Positions 43,446-54,610 are shown, counted from the stretch's first letter. The stretch is DNA of 57,635 nucleotides from Prorocentrum cordatum (GCA_963575745.1 CAUYUJ010000008.1:62001-119635), one strand, 5' to 3'. Translations and numbers: made by a program. The notes: a model not told the origin generated them from the sequence alone.

Positions 43446-45169
43446 CGCTAACCCCTAGGCTAACCCCTCCTTTCGTCCGACCCGAATATCGGGTTCGGAC
43501 CGCGAGCATCGCCGATGATGCGGCGCGATCCTCCGACACAATCTGCGCGGAGCTCACGTCGCGGGAACGTCGGCGTCGATTCCTCGCACCGCGTGGATCG
43601 ATCAACCCTTGGCACGGCGGCCGCTTTCCGATAGCGCCGATCTTTCCACGTCGACCGCTTCTGGGCCACCGGCGGCCTCCAGTCTTTCACGCCCGCGGCA
43701 GGGTCGCCGCCGCGTGGACACGACACGGACCTGCCGTGCTCCAGCCCCTTCTGGGTGGGCTTGAGGCGAGGTGTGGCTGCTGGTCCTCAGAGATGTGCTC
43801 CGCTTCTGGAGGCCGTCTCTCAGCCCCAGGGAGCCTTCCAAGAGACGCTGAGGGTATGGAGCTAGCGGCCTCGGGGAAGGTCGAGATCTCAGTGGGGGCA
43901 CACGTCACGACAGAAGTTGCGAAGACGGGGGAGAGGAGGAGGAGGAGGAGGAGGAGGAGGAGGAGGAGGAGGAGGAGGGAACTTCGAGCTTGAATGGGCG
44001 ATGCATCGCCCATCGGCCCCCCGAGGGCGAAACCGCACGTCCCTGGGCGGGGTGGGCTGTCGGGCCCCTGTCGGCGATCGATAAACGACTGGGGGTCGAT
44101 GCACTCCTCCCCCCCTTGGACGAGTCCCTCCCGTCCTGCCCCTTCTGGGCGAGGAGGAGGAGGAGGAGGAATAGGAGGAGGAGGAATAAGAGGAGGAGGA
44201 GGAATAAGAGGAGGAGGAGGAATAAGAGGAGGAGGAGGAATAAGAGGAGGAGGAGGAGGAGGAATAAGAGGAGGAGGAATAACAGGAGGAGGAGGAGGAG
44301 GGCCTGGAGGGGCGCCCGCAGGACGAGCTCGCGGCGCGGGCCCCGCGCAGGGGCCCCACGTCCCGGCCGCGCCAAGGCTGGCGGGGGGGTGCGAGGCGGG
44401 GATGTATCAAGATCCACAGCCTGGGAACCAACGTCCCCTGAGATCCGACGCTCCCAAAAAGTTGGAGCAGGCGGATCTTGACAGTTTTCGGCCTCTGGGG
44501 GCCCTCGCCGGGCCTCGGGAGCGTCAAAAAACGACTCAGGACGAAAAACTGGTCCCAGGAAGTGGTCCGGACCTCCGGGGCCCACGCATCGAAAAAATTA
44601 GAGCAGCCGGATGTCTGGGTCCTGGTGCCCCAGCAAGCGGTGGATATGGATATGTTTTAGCCTCCGGGGGCCCGAATATGTCCATATCCACCGCCAGCCG
44701 AGGTCCCCGAAAATTGATCCTCCAGGCGGTGGTCATGTATGAATTCCCACCTCGGGGGGGGCAACAACCCATCAGATCCTGGCGTCGCAAGTAGGTGGCG
44801 ACATCCGAACCCTACCCCCACCAACCACAAATTCTCCTCAATCGATGGGAGGCGGGGCTAGGCCACGTGTTCGACGAGTTCCGAACCCTACCCCCGACGC
44901 CCATCGAGTTGCCTGAATCGTTGACTGGCGAGAGCGAGGTTTGGATCTCGCCGCCAAACCAGCGATGACGGGGGGGCACCAACACAGCAAGACAAAAAGC
45001 AAGGCTGCAAGCTGTTCAAAGGTTCCAGCGTCCAGGCGCCGCTCCCTGGCCCCGGGGCTGTCAAATTACGCTACCGAGGAACCCCACATACTTATACTAT
45101 GGCTGGAGTGATGAGAGCTGAAGTGAAGCATGTGATAATGATGATGGTGGCCGTTGCCCCGCCGATACC

Positions 45170-45965
45170 GCTGTGCCCTGGACGACCGTCACGGATAGCG
45201 GCCGCGGTGAGAGACCACCCCCTGCGCACCCCCTTATGGTGTCGAGAATATGCCATGCCTGCTGTGCCCTGGACGACCGTCACGGATAGCGGCCGCGGTG
45301 AGAGACCACCCCCTGTGCACCCCCTATGGTGTCGAGAATATGCCATGCCTGCTGTGCCCTGGACGACCGTCACGGATAGCGGCCGCGGTGAGAGACCACC
45401 CCCTGCGCACCCCCTTATGGTGTCGAGAATATGCCATGCCTGCTGTGCCCTGGACGACCGTCACGGATAGCGGCCGCGGTGAGAGACCACCCCTTGCGCA
45501 CCCCCTATGGTGTCGAGAATATGCCATGCCTGCTGTGCCCTGGACGACCGTCACGGATAGCGGCCGCGGTAAGAGACCACCCCTTGCGCACCCCCTACGC
45601 TGTCGAGAATATGCCAAGCCTGCTGTGCCCTGGACGACCGTCACGGATAGCGGCCGCGGTGAGAGACCACCCCCTGCGCACCCCCTTATGGTGTCGAGAA
45701 TATGCCATGCCTGCTGTGCCCTGGCGACCGTCACGGATAGCGGCCGCGGTAAGAGACCACCCCCTGCGCACCCCCTATGGTGTCGAGAATATGCCATGCC
45801 TGCTGTGCCCTGGACGACCGTCACGGATAGCGGCCGCGGTAAGAGACCACCCCCTGCGCACCCCCTATGGTGTCGAGAATATGCCATGCCTGCTGTGCCC
45901 TGGACGACCGTCACGGATAGCGGCCGCCGTGAGAGACCAGCCCCTACGCACCCCCTACGCTGCTG
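45170..45965. repeat. Minisatellite, about 9 near-identical 89-91-bp units
   Basis: GCTGTGCCCTGGACGACCGTCACGGATAGCGGCCGCGGTGAGAGACCACCCCCTGCGCACCCCCTATGGTGTCGAGAATATGCCATGCCT repeats at 45170, 45261, 45351, 45442 and onward, followed by (GCTGT)n. Confidence 0.97.
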
Positions 45966-46392
45966 TGCATGTGCTGTGCTGTGCTGTGCTGTGGTGTGCT
46001 GTGCTATGCTGCTGTGCTTTGCTGTGCTGCGCTGTGTGAGAAGGAGAGAGAGGTGAGGTGTGAGTGTCGCGGGTGCGGCGCGGCAGTGAAGAAATCCAGA
46101 ACCCCACGAAACATGTGGGGAAAAGCCATCTGGGGCGAAAACACGACTTCACAGAACGGGTCGAGAGCCCTGGGCGCCAACAGCCCCAAGAGGTTGCGGC
46201 GTCGGAGGCGAGGGACTGTCCACCTGCACAGGCTCTGGCCAGGCCAGTCCTGGGCACAGGACCGGTAAAACCCAGCCTCCTGCACTGGTCAAAGAGGCTG
46301 TGGACTCCCAGCCCTGGACCCAGCATCAGCGCGCCCAGGACCCGTGCGGGTGGATGGCCGGCGCCCCCCCGGACTGTGCGACAGCAGGGGCC

Positions 46393-46674
46393 TCACCCGC
46401 TGGGGCTCTCGCAGTGGAGGTCGTAGTAGCGCCTCTTCATCGCACGGTACTTGGCGAGCTTGATCGTCGCCTCCATCTCCCTCTGGTGCCAGCGGAGGTG
46501 CGCCACGGTCCTGGGCGTCCAGTCGGCGCGATCCCTGCGCAGCCACGCCTTGATGCGCCATACCTCTCGGCGGCCGAGCGGGACGTCCGGGAGGTCCCGC
46601 GCGGCGTGGCAGAGGGCCTTGAAGACTTTGAGGACCTGCCGTCGCAGCGGCACCGCCGTCTCCTGCACGCACAT
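46393..46674 (-). CDS. LYRM5: LYR-motif protein, LYRM5/ETFRF1-like (93 aa)
   Basis: LRRQVLKVFKALCHAARDLP...REMEATIKLAKYRAMKRRYY matches the LYRM5 pattern LRGEVLKLYK..GRDYP...ELEALYFLRKYRAMKQRYY. The start could instead be an upstream exon (CAG|G acceptor at 46662). Confidence 0.75.
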   Translation of the reverse strand: MCVQETAVPLRRQVLKVFKALCHAARDLPDVPLGRREVWRIKAWLRRDRADWTPRTVAHLRWHQREMEATIKLAKYRAMKRRYYDLHCESPSG

Positions 46675-47248
46675 CGGCGCCCGCCGCCCAGGAACGGGCG
46701 GGTGTGCCACGCACGCCTTGGGCCGAAGCGTCTGTGGAGGAGGCGGAGTGCCGTGCCCAGGCCAGGGCAGCGTGGTCGGCACATGGCCACAGGCCTCATC
46801 CAGGAACGCTCTCGCTGATGAAAGACCGACTGAGAGGCAAACGCAAAGCCTGCAGCCCACACAACGAATACGAAGTCGGCGAATCTGGGGGCACAAGCGC
46901 ACGGGAGTACATTCTCGGCGTCGGCCTTGCTCGCGGAGGCGAAAGCCGAGACCATCAGGGGTTCTGGCCCCTCGGGGGCCCCTGAACTGACCGAAGCTGG
47001 CGAGCTCCCCCAAAAAACGGCCCTGGCATCCAGAGAGTGACAGAGGCTGGCCAACATCCCCGCCTGCGCTCACCTTTTTTCCTGGGTCGCGACCTTGGTC
47101 GAGCCGAGCGAAACTCGCAGGACGAGCACTCGCCGTCTTGCACGCCCAGGCTTGAGCTCTCTCCACCTCGGAGCGACCAGGACCAGACTGGCAGGGCACA
47201 ACTACTCGAGGCCCCGTGGCCATTTGTGCCTACCGGCCTATCTATGTA

Positions 47249-48409
47249 CTACCTGGAGGAGTGGAGCTGCAAGCCCCGCAGGGTGCCGACGAACGCAGGG
47301 TCCAGTTGCTCGCCGAACAATGCGATGAACGGGTTGCGGCGCAGCTCCACCGTCGCCTCCTCGTCGATCAGGATGTTGCCGTGTAGCGAGCAGCCCTCTA
47401 ACAGCACCAGCAAGTCCCAGCGCAGGAAGAGCGCGTGGTGCCGCACGTCGTGGGCGCAACAGTCGCGAACCACGCACAGGCACAGGCCCTCGGCCGAGGG
47501 GAGCGGCGGTAGTCGGTCGTGGCTCGAGGACGCCAGCGCATCCTTCGATCCCTTCCTTCTCGGGGGCGCCACCCGCTTCTTGCTCAGGCAGCGGGGCCGC
47601 CGGAGGCCCTTCGAGCTGCTGGTGCTGGTGCTGCAGCTGCGGTGCTGGTCACCGTCGCCGCCGCCATACCTGCAGACGGCAGGCTCCCTCGCGTGGAGGC
47701 GCAGGACCTCCAGCGCCGCCTTCAGCGAGGCCTCCCGATCTGCGGGGAAGTCGTCGCCGCCCGCGCCGACGACGCCGGGCCTCGCCCCCGTGATCACGAG
47801 GCCCTGGCTGGGGGAGCACCTCCAGGCGCACCGCTCGACCAGCGAGGGCCGCGGGCCCGGGGGCTGGTCCAGGGCCACCTCCACCTCGAAGGTGCAGTCC
47901 CGGAGCGAGACCACCGCGCTGGCCAGCGACAGGGAGACCCTCGGGTGCGGCCCGCTGGAGCCGTGGGCGTCCCGCGGGGCCCCGCCGCAGAAGAGGAGCC
48001 CCTGCAGGCAGAGCCTGGCGCAGCGGAACCTCACCAGGCCACAGACGCTGCCGCAAGCCAGCCACACGGGCGCCCCGACACCGCCCGGCGCGGCGGCGGC
48101 GACGCGGGCGCTGCGGAGGATCGGCTCCTGCAGCGCGCCCGAGAGGACCGCGCCCTCCAGGGGCACGCGGACGGTGCCGAACTCGCGCACGCGGTGCGCC
48201 AGCAGCCAGCGCAGGTCCTGGCGGGGCCTCGCCTCCACTTCGAAGGCCTGGCGCACCGCGGCGCGCGCGGCAGAGGACAGCAGCGCGAGCTGCGAGACGC
48301 ACTGCTGCGGTGGTAGCCACTCGAGCAGGTGATCGAGAGCAGCGTCGAGTGCTGCAGCTTGGGCTCCGATCGCCAGCACGTTGGCCACGGAGGCGGAGGC
48401 AGCTGGCAT
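47249..48409 (-). CDS. Intronless 386-aa hypothetical protein (possible F-box-like N-terminus plus beta-helix-like repeats); probable retrogene
   Basis: Uninterrupted GC3-rich ORF from ATG 48409. ALDHLLEWLPPQQCVSQLALLS is F-box-like; LRDCTF/VERCAW/VRDCC/LEGCSL are beta-helix-like. A DinoSL relict lies ~60 nt upstream. Confidence 0.65.
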   Translation of the reverse strand: MPAASASVANVLAIGAQAAALDAALDHLLEWLPPQQCVSQLALLSSAARAAVRQAFEVEARPRQDLRWLLAHRVREFGTVRVPLEGAVLSGALQEPILRSARVAAAAPGGVGAPVWLACGSVCGLVRFRCARLCLQGLLFCGGAPRDAHGSSGPHPRVSLSLASAVVSLRDCTFEVEVALDQPPGPRPSLVERCAWRCSPSQGLVITGARPGVVGAGGDDFPADREASLKAALEVLRLHAREPAVCRYGGGDGDQHRSCSTSTSSSKGLRRPRCLSKKRVAPPRRKGSKDALASSSHDRLPPLPSAEGLCLCVVRDCCAHDVRHHALFLRWDLLVLLEGCSLHGNILIDEEATVELRRNPFIALFGEQLDPAFVGTLRGLQLHSSR

Positions 48410-48468
48410 GCAAGCGGGGTTGCACCCCACGCCTGCCCTTTGCGCAGGCGGTCGCTTTACCAAAAACT

Positions 48469-48487
48469 GTTGAGCCAAAACGGCTAC
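48469..48487 (-). other. Relict dinoflagellate spliced leader
   Basis: Minus strand GTAGCCGTTTTGGCTCAAC matches DinoSL GTAGCCATTTTGGCTCAAG at 17/19 positions. A second, weaker relict (CTATGTTGGCTCGGG) lies at about 48508-48522. Confidence 0.8.
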
Positions 48488-49772
48488 ACATAATATAGAA
48501 CTTGCTCCCCGAGCCAACATAGACGCCACATTCATGGCACTCCCAAACCAATGGTTCAAGACAAATTCCAAGTGGCATACCCTCCTCCTCCTCCTCCTCC
48601 TCCTCCTCCTCCTCCTCCTCCTCCTCCCCCTCCTCCTCCTCCTCCTCCTCCTCCTCATCCTCATCCTCATCCTCATCCTCATCCTAATCCTCCTCGTCCT
48701 CGTCCTCCTCCTCCTCCTCCTCCTCCTCCTTCCCCTGATTCCCCACCTCTACCCGCTTTCTAATGATCTGTAGGCGGTGCTATGTGGTCGGTGCCCTCTG
48801 ATGCAGTTGATGATTGCGGTGTTCGCTGTATTGCCCTGCTGCTTGCTCGATGGGTGCTGCTTTGATGGCGAGTGTCAAATGATGCCGTTGATGGTTGCGA
48901 TGGTCGCGCTCTTGTCCAAGAGCTGAAATGAGAGGCGCTCCATGGTTGGTGTCCATGGGTGTCGCTGGTGGTTTCGATAATTCGCGTTCTTGCCCTTGTG
49001 CTCTATGGTGCCGCTCGATGGCTGTTGCTCGATGATGCAGTTGATGGCGGCGGCATATGCGTTCTTGTCCTGGCGCCCGATGGGTGGTGCTCTCTGGCGA
49101 GTGAACTACGACGACTGGACACGATTGTTGCGAGGTTCTCGTTCTCGCCCTGTGCTCTATTGGCGGTGCTCCATGGCTGGCACCCTGTTTGACGGCAGAG
49201 AGTGCAAAAACGTAATGACTCCACCGCGTAGATTGCACCACGCAGAGAGAGCATCGGCACATAGGATGCACCTCATAGATTGCACCACGTAGCACGCACA
49301 CCGAGAGTTCAAGAGTCTATTGTTCGGGGTCCGCGCTGGCAACTCGATTTTTTGACGTGGCCCCCCGGGAAGCTCGACCCCTTCCCCAGGGCCGACTTGT
49401 CATCCCGTGCCGTTTTTGTTTACAGTCCCGCAGCGGGACCCGAAGGTCCTTCTCTAACACTCGGCCCCGAAACCCGTCCTGGGGTGCGCTCTGGCTAGAC
49501 TTTCGAGGCGAATCCAGTCGTGGCGACGAGGAAGCCCAAAAATAATACAACGTTTAAAGCCCTCGATCATCGAAGCTCGATCCTCGCGGTCCGCTTTTTC
49601 CGAAGTCCAGATCCGAAGGGTGGAGAAGGCGCAGCGGGGGGCCCAGTGGCGCGGGTCAGACCGCGAACTGGGCCGGGGAGGCCGACGACACCTGCGGCGA
49701 AGTCCCCATGGCCGAGCAGACGCTCTGCCTGCTGGACTGTAGCCTGCTGGTGTCCAGGTCGTCGCCCTCCTC

Positions 49773-49894
<122 letters not shown>

Positions 49895-50301
49895 TAAACT
49901 CCAGGCGTCGCATAAAGAAACTCGTGACGGCAAGTTGTCCCCCAGGTTCTCTGCCTCTGGAGGCCGTTTCAGAAACCCAGCGCTGCCGAAAAACTACTAA
50001 GAATGAAGAGCCTGGCCCCGGGGAAGGGGACGAGACCTATGGGAGCTCACGTCACTAAAAAATGCGTTGCCGGAGAAGAAGGGCGACGACGTCGTTTCGG
50101 AGCCTTCGGAACGTTTCTTGGGATTCTCATCGCCGCGGCTGGACGAAGTTCGGAAAAAAGCTGGCTGGGGCGGGTCCGGGGAGGGGTCTGTGGACCGATA
50201 TTGCCTAAAGAAGGAAACGAACAGGGCAGGACTCTTTGGTAAACTCTGGGGGGCTGTTTAGTCAACGCCAGTTACGGGGGTCGGGGTGGTTGTTCCTCCC
50301 T

Positions 50302-52575
50302 TCACTCTTGGTTCTGCACGACGTCGTCCCAGCTGATGCGCTGCTTGAAGGTGGACAGAGCAGTCGCGAGGCGCCAGCTCCTCGATGTCATGACGATGGC
50401 GGCCTTGTCCTGCTGGTAGACGATCTTCGCGACCTCCACGGCCTTCGTCAGCCCGCGGGGCATCCGCACCTCCTTCACAATCACCGCGAGGTCCGACATG
50501 TCCACAATCACGTTGGACCCGCTGTCCATGCAGCCGCACTCGAGGAGCCTCTCAATGAAGTCCAGGAGCACCATCAGCGCCTCGAGAATACCCACTGCGC
50601 GGTTGCTCTTGGCGTTGGCGAGGTATTGCGGTAAGAACTTGAACGTGAACGTGCTGTCCGCCATGCCATCCCGCAGGAACCACTCCACCAAGATCTTGCG
50701 CTCCGGGGAGCCGAGGCACGACCACGCCTGCCTCACCGCCTTGAGCTTCTCTTGGTCGTTCGCGTCTGTGAGACATATGAGCCGCGCGAATGCCAGATCC
50801 TCGGGCCCCACGGAGGCCACGTCCAGCATCCTGGCACGGGTGGACACGTACGTCCAGTAGAGCTTGCGGGCCTCCTCCTGCTCGAACTGCCGCAGGCACT
50901 CGAGGCCCGTCACGAGGACTCGGGCGTTGGCCTCGGTCAAGAAGGGGCAGCCTTCGCTGTCCCACTTGACCTCGCTCCCGCACATCATGCACACCTGCAC
51001 GAACAGGTAGAATTTGACCCCCTGGCTGCCGACGTCCTCGGCCGCTCGCTGTAGCCGGTGGATGCTGACAGGGCTGGTCTCCCCCTGCAGCATCTGCTGC
51101 AGCGAGAAGTCCACGGTCAGCTCCAACGAGGTCTTGACGAGGTCGAACTGGTACGCCGAGAGGCCCCCAACGGAGGGCACCACCAGCGGGAGCTCTCGCA
51201 TCGCGAAGGCCACCGCGAGCTCCGAGTGACGCCTCAGAGGCCCTGGCGGGCACATGCGGCTGAACCTCCTCGCCTTTCCGAGGCCGCGGATGGCCAAGAA
51301 CACCAGCGCCGCCTGAGTCATGTCCTCGTCAAGGTCGACCCATCTAATGGCATGCTGTAAACTCGTCCATGTCTCCTCTGTCAGTTTTTTCTTCGCGTGC
51401 TGGCCAGCGACCATGGGTTCATACTGATCCCGGATCAGCCAGAACGCGCTCATCATCGAGAGGACGGCGCGTTCCCTCTCGTCCTGGAGCCCAGCGCGCT
51501 TGTACGTCCCCCCTAAGGAATGCACCTCCGGGAACAGATCCTCCAGCTCGGCGCGGATGGCCGCGTCATCGAGGCTGCCGTGCATGACCTTCTGGATGAA
51601 GCCCAGCGGGGTGTCCCTCGGAGCGGTCTGAATGCACGAGGCGACCCGCCGCATCGGTTCCTTCGAGGGGGACATCCCTCCTCCGCCGTCCGCCTGCGCC
51701 TGCGACGTGACCACCTCGGCCAGCTCGGTCGCCTGCGTCGCGTCCGTGGAGAACGTCCCTGGGAGCAGGTCGAGCCCCGTCAGCCCGACATCGCTCTCAC
51801 AGTGGTGCCGCACGGCGCGCAGGAACGCCTGGGCGTACTCGAACACCGCCACGATCCCGATGGGCGAGCTGGACATGGCGTCGGCGAAAGCGTGACCCGT
51901 CAGAAGGAACACTTCGCCAAAGCTCCTGGCAGTCAGTGTAGAGACGTGCGTCATGCTTGTGAAAAGGCTGGCCTCCGCGAACCACTGCGGCATGCTGAAG
52001 TCCTGATGCATCTCCAGGTCGGGCGCATGAACGATCCCGAACTGGAGCCTGTACACCCCGGAGGACGTGAAGTGCATGCCGCGCGCAGCGCTGCTGGCGA
52101 TGAACACGAAGTCGCCGATCTCGTAGAAGGCTGGCTTGAAAGCGCCCCAGAGCTCGCTCAGGACGCTGAGCTTGGCCTGAATGATGAGGTTGAAGAACGG
52201 GTGGAACTGGAAGTTGTAACCGACCTGCGCCATCGTGAGCTCAGCGGTCAGCTTCTGCGGCAGCATGCTGAGCTGGGCGGGCTTCGCAACCAGCTTCGTG
52301 CGTGCTTCCAGACCATGCTCCACGCAGCGCTGGATGCGAACAGACAACTCCGCTGGGATCTTGTTGACGACTAGGTACCGCTGGACTTGCCGCTGGGTTC
52401 TTCGCCGCTCGGCGACCATCGCATTCAGCTGGTTCATCATGGCTACCATCCTGGACACCATCGAGCCCATCAGAGCCATGCTGGAAATGATAACGAAAAT
52501 GGCCGTGGCCTCCTCCATGGGACTTTGCGACCCCAGGCCTGGATACGTAGACGGGGTGAACTGGGCGATCCGCCA
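50302..52575 (-). CDS. Large exon of a cyclic-nucleotide-binding-domain (KCNH/HCN/CNG-like) channel: pore/S6, C-linker, CNBD and an extra C-terminal domain
   Basis: IAQFTP..MEEATAIFVIISSMALMGSMVS (pore-S6), VQRYL..KIPAELSVRI..LSMLPQKLTAEL (C-linker), FHPFF..GDFVF..GMHFTSSG..FAEASLF..STLTA (CNBD). S1-S5 exons were not found and the 5' boundary is approximate. Confidence 0.85.
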   Translation of the reverse strand, partial: WRIAQFTPSTYPGLGSQSPMEEATAIFVIISSMALMGSMVSRMVAMMNQLNAMVAERRRTQRQVQRYLVVNKIPAELSVRIQRCVEHGLEARTKLVAKPAQLSMLPQKLTAELTMAQVGYNFQFHPFFNLIIQAKLSVLSELWGAFKPAFYEIGDFVFIASSAARGMHFTSSGVYRLQFGIVHAPDLEMHQDFSMPQWFAEASLFTSMTHVSTLTARSFGEVFLLTGHAFADAMSSSPIGIVAVFEYAQAFLRAVRHHCESDVGLTGLDLLPGTFSTDATQATELAEVVTSQAQADGGGGMSPSKEPMRRVASCIQTAPRDTPLGFIQKVMHGSLDDAAIRAELEDLFPEVHSLGGTYKRAGLQDERERAVLSMMSAFWLIRDQYEPMVAGQHAKKKLTEETWTSLQHAIRWVDLDEDMTQAALVFLAIRGLGKARRFSRMCPPGPLRRHSELAVAFAMRELPLVVPSVGGLSAYQFDLVKTSLELTVDFSLQQMLQGETSPVSIHRLQRAAEDVGSQGVKFYLFVQVCMMCGSEVKWDSEGCPFLTEANARVLVTGLECLRQFEQEEARKLYWTYVSTRARMLDVASVGPEDLAFARLICLTDANDQEKLKAVRQAWSCLGSPERKILVEWFLRDGMADSTFTFKFLPQYLANAKSNRAVGILEALMVLLDFIERLLECGCMDSGSNVIVDMSDLAVIVKEVRMPRGLTKAVEVAKIVYQQDKAAIVMTSRSWRLATALSTFKQRISWDDVVQNQE

Positions 52576-53018
52576 CCGTGCCTCCGGCTCGCGGGCACGT
52601 CTCAGAATGTAAGCTGGTCGCCCAGTGGGGTTTCGGCAGTGTTCCAGAGGCAACGCTCCCCTACCAGCGATTGGCCAACAAAAATGCCCCCCCCATAGAG
52701 TTACTCCCCAGCTCCCTATTCGGCCTCTACATGAATCCAGGGCAGCCACAGTCGACCTCAAAACGCCTGCAAAACGCTCTAGCACCATCCAAAAACCGCC
52801 CAACGATACCCCAAAGACTCCAAAATCTCTCGAAGACGAGATGTGGAAAGAACATGTTTGGCGTTTCCAAAGTTGCCTAATAGCGTTTCGCTAGAAGGCT
52901 TTCTAGCAACGACGAAAAATACAACTGAAGAGTCTCACGAGAGGGGGACGGGGAGCCCGGAACCGCCTGCCCAGATCGCGTGGTCCGGCAGCCGTTATCC
53001 CCGAGACTCCCTCTCAAG

Positions 53019-53081
53019 TTATTCTCTTGCACAGGGTGTCTAGAGCTCCGACCACTTTATTTCGGCACCGCACCCCCCCCC

Positions 53082-53115
<34 letters not shown>

Positions 53116-54610
53116 CCATCACCATCACCATCATCCTCACAATCATCACCATCATAATCACCATCATCATCGTCATCATCCACATCATCATCATCATGCG
53201 CCCCCTCCGTCTCAGCGCCCTCCCGCGGCTCCAGCGCCCGCCCAGTGCCCCCTCCGCCCCGACCACTTTATTTCGGCACCGCACCCCCCCCCCGCTCCGC
53301 CCCCTCCCCCGCGCCGTCTCAGCGCCCCCCCGCGGCTCCAGCGCCCGCCCAGTGCCCCCTCCGCCTCGACCACTTTATTTCGGCACCGCACCCCCCCCCC
53401 GCTCCGCCCCCTCCCCCGCGCCGTCTCAGCGCCCCCCCGCGGCTCCAGCGCCCGCCCAGTGCCTCCTCCGCCCCGACCACTTTATTTCGGCACCGCACCC
53501 CCCCTCCCCGCTCCGCCCCCTCCCCCGCGCCGTCTCAGCGCCCCCGCGCGGCTCCAGCGCCCGCCCAGTGCCCCCTCCGCCCCGACCACTTTATTTCGGC
53601 ACCGCACCCCCCCTCCCCGCTCCGCCCCCTCCCCCGCGCCGTCTCAGCGCCCCCGCGCGGCTCCAGCGCCCGCCCAGTGCCCCCTCCGCCCCGACCACTT
53701 TATTTCGGCACCGCACCCCCCCCCGCTCCGCCCCCTCCCCCGCGCCGTCTCAGCGCCCCCGCGGCTCCAGCGCCCGCCCAGCGCCCCCTCCGCCCCGACC
53801 ATTTTATTTCGGCACCGCACCCCCCCCCGCTCCGCCCCTTCCCCCGCGCCGTCTCAGCGCCCCCCCGCGGCTCCAGCGCCCGCCCAGCGCCCCCTCCGCC
53901 CCGACCACTTTATTTCGGCACCGCACCCCCTCCCCCGCTCCGCCCCTTCCCCCGCGCCGTCTCAGCGCCCCCCCGCGGCCCAGCCGGCCCGCCCAGTGAC
54001 CTCCTCCGCCGACCACTTTTATTTCGGCACCGCACCCCCCCTCCCCCGCTCCGCCCCCTCCCCGCGCCGTCTCGCGCACCGCGCGGCCCAGCGCGCCCAG
54101 TGCCCACTCCGCCACGACACTTTATTTCGGCACCGCACCCCCTCCCAGCTACCGCCCCCCTCCCCGCGCCGTATCAGCGCCCCCGCGCGGCTCCGCGCCC
54201 CGCACAGTGCCCCTCCGCCCCGACCCATTTTATTTCGGCACGGTTCCCCCCCCCGCTCCGCCCCTTCCCCCGCGCCGTCTCAGCGCCACCTCCCCCGCGC
54301 CGTCTCAGCGCCCCCGCGCGGCTCCAGCGCCCGCCCAGTGCCCCCTCCGCCACGACCACTTTATTTCGGCACCGCGCCGGCGCCCCCCCCCCCCCCCCCG
54401 CTCCGCCCCCTCCCCGCGCCGTCTCACGCCCCCGCGGCATCCTGACGCTTGTTTCGCCCAGTGCCCCCCTTCTCCCGACCACTTTTATTTCGGCACCGCA
54501 CCCCCCCGCCCCGCCCCTCCCCGCGCGTTTCAGGCCCGCGGCTCCCGCGCCCGCCAGCGCCCCTTCGCCCCGACCCTTTTATTCTCTTGCACAGCTGAGT
54601 ATCTAGCGTC
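53019..54610. repeat. C-rich minisatellite, about 14 units of ~105-109 bp
   Basis: CCGACCACTTTATTTCGGCACCGCACCCCCCC...GTCTCAGCGCCCCC..GGCTCCAGCGCCCGCCCAGTGCCCCCTCCG repeated. The first unit is interrupted by (CAT)n at 53083-53197. TTATTCTCTTGCACAG occurs at both ends. Confidence 0.96.

Noticed and set aside
44638..44693. Short hairpin CGGTGGATATGGATAT...ATATGTCCATATCCACCG as a terminator or ncRNA
   Set aside because: No U-tract, no clear TSD and no second copy in the window; most likely a tiny MITE remnant.
45170..45965. CRISPR-like array
   Set aside because: Units are identical along their whole length with no unique spacers, there are no cas genes, and the context is eukaryotic.
52980..54606. 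Proline-rich extensin-like ORFs or a CRISPR-like array
   Set aside because: Open in all three plus frames because the C-rich unit lacks stops; unit length varies and is often not a multiple of 3; no spacers.
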